A stretch of 64,000 bases of DNA from positions 6,882,001 through 6,946,000 of the forward strand of contig NC_081331.1 of assembly GCF_022539665.2 (NCBI RefSeq). Reading direction: 5' to 3'. The notes below the pieces were generated by a model. It ran no database searches. It was not told the origin of the DNA and saw only the letters and a list, made by a program, of their open reading frames with translations. Position numbers and translations under genes: made by a program. This DNA is from Daphnia carinata. Taxonomy: Eukaryota. Positions 13,701-26,280 of this stretch are shown piece after piece; position 1 is the stretch's first letter; each line of letters begins with the position of its first letter.

Positions 13701-16229
13701 ATCATTACAAAAAAACGTATGAGCAGATCGCATGAGACACTCGTGTGGGCCCCCCCTTAACAACAGCCGATGTAGCGAGGGTAGGTTTATTTCAATGTCT
13801 AACATGTTCCAGCCGTAGCATGACCGATAGCAAAAAAAAAAAAAAAAAAAAAAGTCGAGTTGGTGGGTGGTAACGTGGGCGGGTTATTAGAGCAGGAAAA
13901 AGGTGGGTTCCATGCTTTGTTTATTGAACTATTAGGAACAGTTGGGGCAATGTGACGCGAGGATTGTTATTAAGATGCCAGACGATGATTGGTCTTTTCT
14001 CTCATGAGAAATAAGCTAACATACCCAAATAAGCAGCACTGTCAAGAAAAGGTGGAAGAAAGGGAAAGAAAAGAATAAAGGTATAAGCATTACAACTTTA
14101 CCAACGTCAAATATGATATGTTGTTGTGGTTTTTAAAGCCATCTTTAGCTCATCACTTGGTACGATGATCTCCTCGGGAAATGAACAGTGGTGTAACCTA
14201 TTCTTTTCGCTATTACTTTGTTCCAAACGATAAACTGCGGTCACTTTTTTTAATCACAAATAAAAAGATAACATTATACCGCTCCGACAGGCGGATATAC
14301 TATCCGCTGTTGCTGTGCGCATACACAACGATATTTGCTTTTCATGTCTTACAATTTGGACGAAACTCTGCGATTTATTAACTTGCCTGTACGTCACAAT
14401 TGCGAACATGCTCCACGCGTAAAGACCTATGGTAACTGCTGATATTTACGATGAGAAATACGGTTTCCTGTTATTTCGTAAGGCTATAACTAAGTGGAGC
14501 ACAAGGCGAAGTTCTATGAAAAAAAGTGTTTTTCGAGTTAACTTACGGTGAATTCTTTGACTGATAATTTGCGACAATAATGATAGCCGCACCTAAAACA
14601 TCATCCCTGACGATTAAATTCAATTGCTGATGTCTTGGTGCATCCGAATAGGCCTCTAAAGCTTTACGGATACAGCCGCAAGCCGACGCTATCGCCTTGA
14701 TTTATAATAACGGTGGTATATAAACGAAGATAAGCAACGGATTCTTAAATGCCTCCTTCGCATTAGGGTATACCTTTCTTTTGCCCCTAAAAAGCTATAC
14801 AAATAACGCAGCTAAATTGATTTAAAAAATTTAAAAAGGGCTCTTCTGAATGTCTCATTTTCAATCCTCATTAGGCTAATAAGAATTCTTCTATCCTGGC
14901 CAATACGAAGCTACACGAATATTTTTAATACTAATTTAATAAGTAGGCATTTTACTTGAACGCTGTTTACGGTTCATTGTAAAGACACTGAGTTACCGTG
15001 GTAACATGATGTAAATTTGAATGTTAACGTGGGTAAGAAATAAGAATTCCATGATATCTTATACAGCAGTGAAGACGACGGTATAGTTTATGCGGTAAGA
15101 TGATTTGCCTGTTGATTATCGTAGCGGATGCATGCCATCGACTGACGTGGCACATTTTTCTTTTTTTACTGATAAAGCCATACGCTCTGAAACTGAATTT
15201 TGGCAACCAAATGCAACTTGCGTAAATCAAAAATAGTTTATACAATTTTTTCTTCAGCTCTGTACCTGCAGTAATTGAATTAAAGATCCACAATTGCTGG
15301 TTTAAAAAGAGCAACGGGTACAAATAACTTTTGCAATGAGCAGTTTCAAAGCAAACCAAAAGGTTAAATCCTAGGCCTGTCATACATTACTAAACAATAG
15401 GCCTATGTCGCGATACGGGGTTTATTTAAACGCGATAAATGCGCTGAAGACCAACATAAAAAAGTTTATAGGAAATCAGTAGGCTATCTAATTTTCAGTG
15501 GTAAAAACAGTAAACGATTATTTTAGTGCCACCGGATTGCCATGTATGGTATCGTGCAGTAAAAATAAAATTAGCCGTCTCGTTTAGGGCATTCCACTTC
15601 GGTATACAATAAACTCATTGCGCTGTTCACGGCATAGTTATTTCTTTTTCCCGGTGTGAACGGCACACAAGTCAACATACGATTAGTCTACTTCGAATGA
15701 CACAGCCAAATATGTGCTTCATTTAAATTGCGAGTGTAACGAGCGAGGAGGTCGAATTATGAACAAGGTTTTAGTTATGAACAACCAAAAGTTGTCCCAC
15801 ATGCTTCCATTTGGAAAAGCTATGACTAGGCAACATTCATATCGGTTAAAATCACGTCGGCAGATACGTCTGACGTGATAGGTTGTGCTGGGTCAATCAA
15901 CGCAACGTTTCTTATCTAAGCTTTCCGCATTCACCCCTTTCGCTTATCTATAATTTAAATTGCAATTCCAATGCGTGTCGTAAATCTATCTGCAAGCTCA
16001 TAAGATGGAGAACACTATTTGTTTGGGTGTTTTTGAACTTACCTGATAAGGAGGAAGCTCCATTTTTGTTCTCTTCAACAATGCTGCGAATAGAAAAGAC
16101 GGACTTGGCTGCCCGAGGACCGGGAGCGTTGCTCACACTCGGAGAAACATAGTTCCCGCCTGTTACACAAAAATTGTCTGCTGAATGGTGAACCGCGGAA
16201 ATATCAGGCCGATGAGTCGTAAGATCCAT
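1701..16229 (-). CDS. al: aristaless/Arx paired-class (Q50) homeobox transcription factor, long isoform, about 568 aa
   Basis: Exons 16229-16043, 4565-4043, 3821-3776, 2893-2213 and 1970-1701; all introns are GT-AG with matching phases, total 1707 nt. The spliced homeodomain [64 protein letters not shown] is of aristaless type. C-terminal OAR motif [17 protein letters not shown]. Exon 1 (eh1-like FSIRSIV) is less certain than exons 2-5. Confidence 0.93.
5535..5754 (-). other. al: Putative non-coding alternative first exon of aristaless
   Basis: Begins at an Inr (TCAGTC, A at 5754) and ends at donor AACAG|GTATGT (5535/5534). No ATG on the minus strand from 5946 to 5535. Splicing to 4565 makes the in-frame AAACATGG at 4512 the first ATG. 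Confidence 0.55.
5722..5920 (-). promoter_or_regulatory. Putative proximal aristaless core promoter (Inr + DPE, CCAAT boxes, GC-box-like site)
   Basis: TCAGTC at 5756-5751. AGATA (RGWYV) at exactly +28..+32 (5727-5723). CCAAT at 5869-5865 and 5920-5916; AGGCGGAGC at about 5834-5842. Confidence 0.5.
16043..16229 (-). CDS. al: aristaless distal first coding exon (62 aa plus 1 nt) with eh1/octapeptide-like motif SVFSIRSIV
   Basis: ATG at 16229; strong donor CAG|GTAAGT at 16043/16042. Phase 1 matches the phase-1 acceptor TTTTTAG|GT at 4565 (G|GT = Gly). Confidence 0.75.
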
Positions 16230-16399
16230 TGCTCAGACGATTTCAACGGTTATAGTCCACTTTAAAACAATTTCACCGTAAAATATCAACAACAGAAACA
16301 GGGCAGATTTATTACTGCAATTTTTCTTTTTTTTTTCAATTTGTGCCAACGAGGATCACAACGACGATGATAGCACACCGAGTTGGAGGTGGGAAAAAA

Positions 16400-16600
16400 A
16401 AATTGTCTCGCAAGCGTGAAAACTGTGCGACTCGATTACCAACGCCAAGGAACGAACTGGGGTCTTGTAGACTTGGCAATAACAAGTTATCGAGCTTACG
16501 CTTATCTGCCATGAAAAGTAGACTTTTTGGGCGGAGTTCTATGTAATCCCGCCTCCCCTTGGAAGCGCTATAGGTTAACTACATAACCAATCGCAACTTA
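16400..16600 (-). promoter_or_regulatory. Putative distal aristaless promoter region
   Basis: GC-box-like GGGCGGAG (about 16529-16536) and CCCGCCTCCCC (about 16548-16558), plus CCAAT (about 16587-16591), 300-360 bp upstream of the exon-1 ATG. TSS not determinable. Confidence 0.3.
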
Positions 16601-19600
16601 GGGTCTCTGCAAATTTTGAATCTTATCTGGTAATAAATTAGACGGAAAAATTTTAGCCAGTTATCTCACCAGAATTAATGTCGATTCCATTTTGCCCACC
16701 AGGTATTTATCAGCACATAATTGCTTCTGTGAAATTTGAAGTTTTCAGGAATGCAGATAATGAATCTTGAAAACTGGATTGATATGCTTACATTTTGATT
16801 TTTAGGTAAAGGGTATGAAATATACTTCTGTGTTTCATTCTACAAAGTCATTAATTGATTCGCAATGTGGCATCTTGCCAAACGGTAGCCTTCCTGTTAT
16901 ATGTGGTTGAATATTGCCCGAACTTGTATACTACTCGATCAACACGTCTTATTGGCCTAAAAGCTTAGCTATATTCAAATGGATTGTTGGAAGAATGAAA
17001 CGAGACGAAGGCAAAATGCAAAGTTTCAATTTTCAATGCCGTTGTTTTGGGAAGAAGATTTTTTCAGAAAATGTTCATCATATATTTGATTCACAGGGAA
17101 ATTTTTGTGGTTCCTAAGCCATACGCAATTGGCATAGGAATTTAATAAATAGTGGATTATTCGCAAACATTGAATTGTTGACTCTATTTGATTTTCGGGG
17201 CTATTCATCGCTAGCACTTCCACACATTAACAAACGTTCACATCGAACTCAATATGAGCATCGCAGAATGGTCATTGACATGTAGACTGTAGTAGCATGT
17301 TTTGCCAACATGTCCACTCTAATTGTAAAAACTGGATCTAGATAGGTGTGATGGAACACCTAGGTGCCCTCTCCTCTCTTTCTGGTTTTTATTCAAGTTA
17401 CTTCGTCAATAACCGTATCTTTTTTTTCAATCCTTCGCGCAAAAAAGAACAATTACTGTAAGGTGTACGTAAAAAGTCCTTACAATTAGACGCAATTAAC
17501 TTCATGATGACAATAAAGGAGATGAAAAAAACATTTTTTAAAAAGATTAGCAAGGAATTCTATTCTATCTGCTTTTGAAAATCACGACATGTTCAGCGAG
17601 TACGGCATTTAGTTGGCGCGGCGGAACCTGGTTCAGGTGAAACAAAAAAAAAGTAGTTTTTTCGTCGATGAACACGGAGTACACGGAGCTTAATAGCAGT
17701 GGGAATCGAAAGCAAACGTCGGGTTCCGTTATTAAGTTTCTTGGAAATTGGCTAACCGCAATTTTCTCCGAAACTCCGCTTGCTATAGTGGACAACTTTG
17801 GATATTTGTTTAGCAATTTCGCAACGTCATGAAAGTTATATGCACGGCAGCATTTGCAGCCAATAATCCACATCTCTATGGTTGAACGAGAAAGCGCACT
17901 CTTTTTCTCACCGCCACTTACGTGTATTCAAAAGGGAAAGATCTTCCAAAGGCTTCCACTAGGCCAACAAAAGAAAAGAAGATGCAACTGTTGCATTAAC
18001 GAATAATGTCATAAAAGGCCGAAAAACTCTGTTACCGCATTACCGTATAATCTCAATCATTACAAATTGTTGAATGTACAAGACGAAATTTAAGAGACTA
18101 TTACCTTTAGAAGGTTTCAGGTGGCCAAGGTATCAATGAACCCTCTCTTGAAATGCTCTCGTTTCATTCACTCTTCGACTTCATAGTTTTTTCGGGTCCA
18201 AAAATCAGGCCACTGCAATGGAGTGATTAGTTGCGACAGCCAAAGAATACCTTCAGCAATCCGAAAGAATAGCTGCACGTGAAAATTAAAAAAACGGAGT
18301 GTGCGTTGTCTTCAATTTTCCGTGTAATTATTATTCCTTTAAATAAATACTGCTGTTACGGTTTCTCATTTTGTTATCCTTTTTGCTCACGTAGTAGGAG
18401 AGGAGTTAGTTAAGTTTCAGCAACAGCAGTAGCTCATTAAAAACCTTGTCTAACCTAAACCTTACCTATATCTACCTCGTCTAAATGAAAACTGTTGTTT
18501 GAATGCAGTTATTCCACAATTCTATCAACGTGCTGAGAGCGAAGTGGGTGTTGATGACGACTTCCGTATTTTCGCTATCATGCTAATCATCGATTCAGCG
18601 CAAATTACGTTTAACTGTTACGTTTTTTTGTTGGCGAAAGTAAAATTGATTTTGCCCAATGACTTAATTGGTTATAGTATGAATACGACGTTTGTATTAC
18701 GTTGATACCTTTACCCAGAATCTACAGTACCACTCGCTTCCTAAAAATGTATATGGCTTCATGCATTTGTCTTGTTGTCATATGAAACAACGGCTTCAAA
18801 AAAGAAATAAACGATCTCTAAGCTTAGTTTTTACCATCGTTAACTGCTTTATTAACAGAGGGGCGTTTTATCAACAAAGTGTAAGAATGGGTGATTTATT
18901 AATACGCAGATTTTTCATATCTCTGAGTGAGGCTTGCAAAGCGAAATATTTTTCTGGCATATGATGCCCTTCAAATCAAGGTACGTCAAGTAAGCATTCT
19001 AGTAATTGCGATTAGTTTCACGACCACCGTGAATGTTTTTACCGGGGTAAGCTATGTCTGACAAACTTGTATTTCCGTTTGTAAGGCTCAAGTTTGTTAA
19101 ATATGTGACGTGATAGGTATTCTGTCAGCTAACTGATGTTCCCCCAACTTTTCATCGTATGAATCATTCCAAAAAGTAAAACAATCCAATTCCTTGTTTC
19201 TTAGTTAGTAACGTGGTTAGACACGGCGGATTGACTGGCTGACTCGCCGAGATTCATTTAACAGTGTTTTTTTTTGTATAGTTGATACTTGATGGCGCTT
19301 CCATCCAGGAGGGACTGTAAACGCGATGCCTTGCATTGGTGGATTTCCTTTCGATGTCCGTGATGCTAGCGGACTGTTTAAAAGCAAACGACAGTAAAAT
19401 GCGAACACTATGCGGTTGAATTAACTCCATTAACTTCTGGAGCTCTGTCCAACGTCACGAGATAGTCAATCGTCAGCGAATCAATGCCGTTGAGTGCTTA
19501 CGCACGGCGGAAGAATTGCAAATTGAATTTTTCCACATAAGGGGGCTAGGCGTTTTGGGTACGATATGCAAAGCACTGAAAAACGGAGTAGGGATTGGTC

Positions 19601-20703
19601 ACTATATTTAGACATCGACTTTCCTTATACAACCAATAGCGTGGCTGATCAGAATAATAGCGAAAAAAAAATGCATGAAAAGCTCTAACACCTGATGCTT
19701 GATGGAGGGCGTCATACTGTGCTAAAAGTAGAACCAATGTAAAAAGTAAGGAATTGAAAACTAGAGAAATTACGTTTCACGGAAGTATATTACGTCAGAG
19801 AAGGCCTGGCAAGCCATCGAAGGTATAAACTATGGCAATACACGCACATAAACAAATGATGTTGGGTACCTTGCTCAACACTGATGTTTCATTCCTATAA
19901 AAAGAATTGCTTTGGACAACGCAAGCATGCCTGGACGAGGCAAGTGCCTTACTCGTAAGAATTCAAATCTCTTTGTGATGTGCCGAGAAGGAAAGGTATG
20001 GTGACAGGCCATGATGAGAGCCGGAGAAATGAAGGGAATAGCGCCCTCGTAAGGAAAAAGATCGTTTTGTAATTCATTTAAAATATGTTGGAAAAAAAAA
20101 TATTGTATTCGCCTCCCGAATTGGGGAAACCTCCTTTCAAAAAGGCCTTCTCCTACAGTTAACCTAGCCTCAACCGTCACGACGATAGGATACGGGGTTT
20201 TATAGACTTTTACCTTCCATCGCGAGACATCATTTTTGGTTTTTTCTCATGGAAAAGAATATGGTTAACCAATGCGTTGACGTCGATGAAAGGTTAAATA
20301 AACGTTTATGGTTTGTTTTTCTGTTTTATTTATGCAATACAAAATGCCTTTATCTTTATTTTTCATTTAATAGAATATGATTTCACCAAGCCATGATGAA
20401 TTTTCATTTAAATTATGTATATTACATAATAGCCGCGTCTAGTACCATACGGTATTTTGTACCCCGCTTCAATATGAATTTGAATTTTTAGCTGGACTAG
20501 AAGTGGAGAAAATCTGGATTATTCCAGGCTGTTTCCCACTATATACCAGAATACCGCATGTGTGTCCACGATTTACCAGTGCCTTATTTACATTTGCTTT
20601 TGAATTGCCGAGCATATCAGGTTTGTTTTAGTTTTGAATCGTTCTTAGGTGAAAGGAATGATTAATTGTGGTTTACGACCCATCAAACTATTTTCAAAAA
20701 ACG

Positions 20704-22628
20704 ATGCGAAATCAAAAATTTCTCTTTCTATTTCTTCTAACTCGGTTAAGTTCAGTTATCGTGGTTCAAACTTGGTTCGTGCCTGACGAGTACTGGCAAA
20801 GTCTTGAAGTTTCTCACAAATTAAGTTTTGGCTATGGGTATCTAACTTGGGAATGGTTCGAAGGTATAAGGTCAATAATCTATCCTGCAGTGTTTTTTAT
20901 TCCATATAAGATTTTGGCATACTTATGCTTAGATTCCCGGCAAGCACTGGTAAGTTAAATACTCAATCTTGTGTAAGCTAAACATATACATTGTAAATTT
21001 TTTCTTTTCAAGATTTATGTTCCCAGAGTCATTCAGGCATTATTCAGTGCATGGGCAGAATGGGACTTCATGAAAGCAACCAAAAATATTATAAATGGGT
21101 CCCAAGTATCATGGTTTATATTACTCCAACTGGGGAACTATTTTCTTTACTATGTCACATCACGCACTTTGGCCAACACAGTAGAAATGAATTTGATCCT
21201 GTTAGGCATCTCATATTTTCTCAACCAGTGTAAAGGTAAACAATAAAAAAATAACAAAAGCTTGCAGTAACACCAAAGTATATTTTTCAGGTTCATTTCT
21301 ACTGTGTGTAATGATTTCGTGTTACATGCGACCTACATCGGCTCCCGTATGGCTGCCTTTTCTATTGTGTTTCTGCCAGCAAGAGAAGCATTGGATTTTG
21401 TCTAAAAATTTTCTTAAGGTTATGCTTAAATGGTAAATATTTTACGTTTCTTGCATGAAAAGCTGATTTAATATATTCCTAAATCGCTTACTTCCTCTAG
21501 TTCAGTAGTTCTAGGTGCCGTACTTGGACTCGACTCATGGTGGTATGGCAAACTAGTTCTTGTGCCTGTTCAGTTTTTACTGTTCAACTTAGTGAATGAC
21601 TTCTCTGAGTTTTATGGGCAACATCCATGGCACTGGTATTTTACAAATGCCATACCATCATTGATGGGACCAACCCTCATCCCATTAATGTTCATATTTA
21701 GTAATAAAAAAACCTTAAACTCCATTGAAAGCAAGGTCATTACAGTTCAACTATCTGCTCTTCTTTACATTTTGTGCCACAGGTATTTTGGTTTCGTTAA
21801 TTTACTGGAGATAAAGATATCTAATAAATTTATTTTGTGTTTTATTTAATTAATTTTTTTTTAGTTTCGTGGGTCATAAAGAAATTAGATTCCTAACTCC
21901 AATAATTCCGCTGCTTAATTTTCTAGCAGCGATCAAACTACCAAATTTAAGGTAATTTCAAAAACGTTGTACACATGTATTGACCATGAAAGATTAAATA
22001 TTTTCATGCAATAGATGCCGGAAAAGTTTTCTCATCCTGTTCTGTACTTGGAATATTTCTTTGATATGGTATTTAAGCGTGAGGCATCAACGTGGCGTGT
22101 TGGATGCAACCAATTTTATTGGATCGTTCGTCAAGCCAGAGGATGAAGTATTGTATTTAATGCCGTGCCATTCTACGCCACTATACAGGTATTAAATTGA
22201 AACGTCGTAGTTACGAGGCAATTAACAATTTATACAGCAGGCCTGTAGGCTTGCAAGGATCATAACCAATATTTTTTACTGATTCTGAAAATTTACGTTT
22301 CTCTTAACATTTCCGTTCAACTAGCCATGTACACGTTAACGCATCCCTGCAGTTCCTGACCTGCCCACCAAATTTGCATAACCTAAAGAATTATAGTGAC
22401 GAAGCCGACAGATTCTATGAGAATCCCCCGAAATGGCTGGTCGAAAAACCGTCTTGGGCCCTTGCGAAATACGTGGTCATTTTTGATACCTTGTTCAATA
22501 CTATTTCATCACATCTTGACTCCAACGACTACCACCTTATTGGAAATTTCTTCCACGCGGACATGGACCAGGGACGTGTAGGACGCCGTGTTTTTATTTT
22601 TCAAAAAGAAAAAAAGTCAGTTCAATAG
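20704..22628 (+). CDS. PIGB: GPI mannosyltransferase 3 (PIG-B/Gpi10, GT22 family), about 485 aa
   Basis: Exons 20704-20949, 21013-21235, 21291-21432, 21501-21782, 21865-21951, 22015-22188 and 22325-22628 (1458 nt, phases consistent). Family motifs: TWFVPDEYWQSLEVSH, GYGYLTWEW, SRTLANTVE, MRPTS, FYGQHPWHWY, GHKEIRFL, HQRG, LMPCHSTPLYSHVH, FLTCPPNL, DEADRFY. Multiple hydrophobic segments. Confidence 0.95.
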
Positions 22629-23108
22629 CTAATGTACTGAACAATGCATTGTCATTAAAACCGCGAAGAACATAATTAACCGGTAATTTAAACTGCAGCC
22701 TTCCATGTTTTACGACTGGTGATACCTGCTTCATTGTAATTTTTTTTTTCGCTTATAATAACACCATCTCTTTTCATATTTTTCAGGGGAATGAATGGTG
22801 AATATACGTAACTATGGAACTCAAGGTACATGATGCATGCAACTGGCATCCCGGATGTCCATGTTTCGCATTTTAAGAACGCCACAGTTTCAGGCTTCTG
22901 TTGATAAACTTCTTTAAGATTGAATTTAGAGTTTGGCCGGCTTAGCTATTTGTATTTAATTACCAAAAGAGGTACCCACGAGAAAAAAATATTTCAGATA
23001 TATTGCTGGTAAACTTCAAGGCTATATACTTTCTGGCGGGAAAAATGGATCCATACTAATATCGCGCAACAACCAAAATATACTGAAGCTTGTAAGACAA
23101 TGCAATAT

Positions 23109-24226
<1,118 letters not shown>

Positions 24227-24369
24227 TTTCGTTCCTTTCTTTGAATTTCCGATAGGTATCACACGAATGTTATTATGACAACCCGTTTTACCAAAACAAA
24301 AACTGTTTTACTCCTCTCCTATGGCACTCCGTTTTACCCAAAATATCGGCCTTTTTTCTGTTTTCTCCT

Positions 24370-24384
24370 GCCGCCATCTACCGG
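24370..24384 (-). promoter_or_regulatory. CTCF-like motif (CCGGTAGATGGCGGC) in the left arm of the foldback element
   Basis: Close match to the bilaterian CTCF core CCN-NYAGRKGGCGS; motif match only. Confidence 0.5.
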
Positions 24385-25461
24385 TGACATTTCTAGTTAA
24401 TTCTCTACATACACTGACCGAAAAAATTTTAAACCCGACTAAAGAAGCCCGACTAAATAAGCCCGACTTTTCTCGGTCAGGCTTAGAAATTTTTTCTCAA
24501 AAAACTGAGACTCATCGGAATTGGTTGAATATCACAGGGTATACTCAAATTGAGTGCTGATTCCGGGAAAATTTCTTTTTTTTTAAAATTAAGTTAATCA
24601 GTTTTGAAATACACGGAATATTGAACGCAATGCTGCGCGGCAGAACGCTACAGCGCTAGCGCGATACAGCAGAAAGTCGGGCTTATATTGTCGGGCATAA
24701 AATTTTTTTCCTATTAAAAAATAATATAATTAAACCTAGATAACTATATATGATTCTGATTCAAAATTTAACAAGGAACACGAAAATGAAATTTGTTTTT
24801 ACGTAGAGTTTATGGTTTTTGAATAATCAAAACAGTTTGATGTGTCACGCTAGCGCTATAGCGTACTGGCGCGCTAGTAATGGTTTCGATTCGCCAACAA
24901 ACTAATTTTATATTTTAGATTACTCCAAAACTATATACTCTACGTAAAAACAAATTCCATTTTCGTGTGCCTTGGTTAATTTTGAATGACAATCATGTAT
25001 AGTTATCGAGATTTAATGATATTATTTTTTAATAGGAAAGATTTTTAAGCCCGACAGATAAAGTCGGGTTTATTTTTTAACCCAACTTTTACTGTTTTTT
25101 ACGTTTTATTCAAAAACCATGAGTTCCACGAGAAAACAACCCTCATATTCGTGATGCCCGTTCAATTCAGCATCGAAACCATGTATTTAATGCGAAATCT
25201 AAAATTTTGCCAAAATTGAAAAAGTAAGAAGGCTATAGCCTTCTCACTTTTCCAATTTTCTTCAAATCCTAGATTTCATTAAAAATACATTATTCCGATT
25301 CGAAATTGATTGCTGATCACGAAACAGGGATATGTTTTTATATCAGGCTTCTACTTTTTGAACTAACCGTAAAAAACAGAAAGTCGGGCTTATTTAGTCG
25401 AGCTTATTTAGTTGTGCTTAAATTTTTTTCGGTCAGTGTATGGAATTAACTAGAAACGTGG

Positions 25462-25475
25462 CCGGTAGATGGCGC
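25462..25475 (+). promoter_or_regulatory. CTCF-like motif (CCGGTAGATGGCGC) in the right arm of the foldback element
   Basis: GTGGCCGGTAGATGGCGCAG matches the CTCF core consensus; motif match only. Confidence 0.55.
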
Positions 25476-25680
25476 AGAAAAACAGAAGAAAAGGCCAGAA
25501 TTTTTTATTTTGGGTAAAACTGATTGCCATACTCTTCATCTACCGTTCAGATTTCTTGTTAATTGTCTAAAGACAACTTTACATATTCTCCATAGAAATA
25601 TGAAATTTTTTAAATGAATAACTTTATTTAATTAACATGTGACTAAACATTATTTCATTTGTTCTATTCCACTTCTTAAG

Positions 25681-26280
25681 ACACTGAACTGAAAGTATCC
25701 CTATGAATTTGCGAAAATTTGAATTGTAATGCTAAATAAGCCCAACAGCACGAATATTCGGTGTAGTTCAAAAACGGCTCACCTGACAAGAAAACGAGCG
25801 GATTTTTCTGAATTAGCGTTAAATTTTGATTATACTGTGTGATTTTTCATCGAATTCCAAGCGATGTCATTTTTATCCGATTTTGACAAAAGTGGTAAGG
25901 CTATAGCCTTTGCACTTTTTCATTTTTGGCTAAATTTTAAATTTCGCTTAAAATACATGACTTCGACTTAGTATTGAATGTTTATCACCGAAATCATATT
26001 TATTTTTCAATTGGCCTTATGGTTTTTTAATTAAACGTAAAAAACAAAAAATAAAAAAAGTCGGGCTTATTTATTTAGTCGGGCTTATTTAGTCGGGCTT
26101 AAAATTCTTTTCTAGAAAAACTGACACTTACCTGAATTGGTTGACTATCACATGATATACTAAGAATTCAATGCTGATTCCGGGAAAATTGCTATTTGTT
26201 CATTAAGTTAATCGTTTTTTAGATACATCGAATATTAGACACAATGCTAGCGCGCAAGTACGCTATAGCGCTACTGGTAC
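25681..26280. mobile_element. Second, partial and diverged copy of the same repeat family
   Basis: Starts with ACACTGAACTGAAA (compare ACACTGACCGAAA) and CTAAATAAGCCCAAC. Contains AAGGCTATAGCCTT (25897-25910) and three AGTCGGGCTTA subrepeats (26058-26101). 26096-26275 aligns directly with 24478-24665 (for example TGCTGATTCCGGGAAAATT). Confidence 0.7.

Larger units (their letters stand above)
24320..25531. mobile_element. Non-autonomous foldback/MITE-like DNA element with about 155-bp imperfect terminal inverted repeats and nested internal palindromes
   Basis: 24320-~24473 (TATGGCACTCCGTTTTACCCAAAAT...CCATCTACCGG...TTTCTAGTTAATTC...CATACACTGACCGAAAAAATTT...AAGCCCGACTAAATAAGCCCGACTTTTCT) is the reverse complement of ~25378-25531. 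Inner boundary TA|CACTG (24412) ... CAGTG|TA (25438). No transposase ORF. Confidence 0.8.

Noticed and set aside
4566..16042. Scattered TAAT, TCF-like (ATCAAAG) and other short TF motifs in aristaless intron 1
   Set aside because: Enhancers are likely there, but short motifs in AT-rich DNA cannot be distinguished from chance without conservation data.
19217..19408. Peptide VPPGWKRH resembling the start of a WW or MBD domain
   Set aside because: The rest of the domain consensus is absent and there are no convincing partner exons; likely chance.
22605..22628. PIG-B C-terminus KEKKSVQ as a dilysine ER-retrieval signal
   Set aside because: The lysines are at -4/-5, not the canonical -3/-4 or -3/-5.
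24321..24560. 79-aa ATG-initiated ORF starting at the element terminus
   Set aside because: Lies entirely in the inverted-repeat arm and first module, with no transposase-like motifs.
24431..26101. Regularly recurring 14-nt repeats separated by longer segments, superficially CRISPR-like
   Set aside because: Eukaryotic context, repeats in both orientations, intervening segments homologous to one another rather than unique spacers, and no cas genes.
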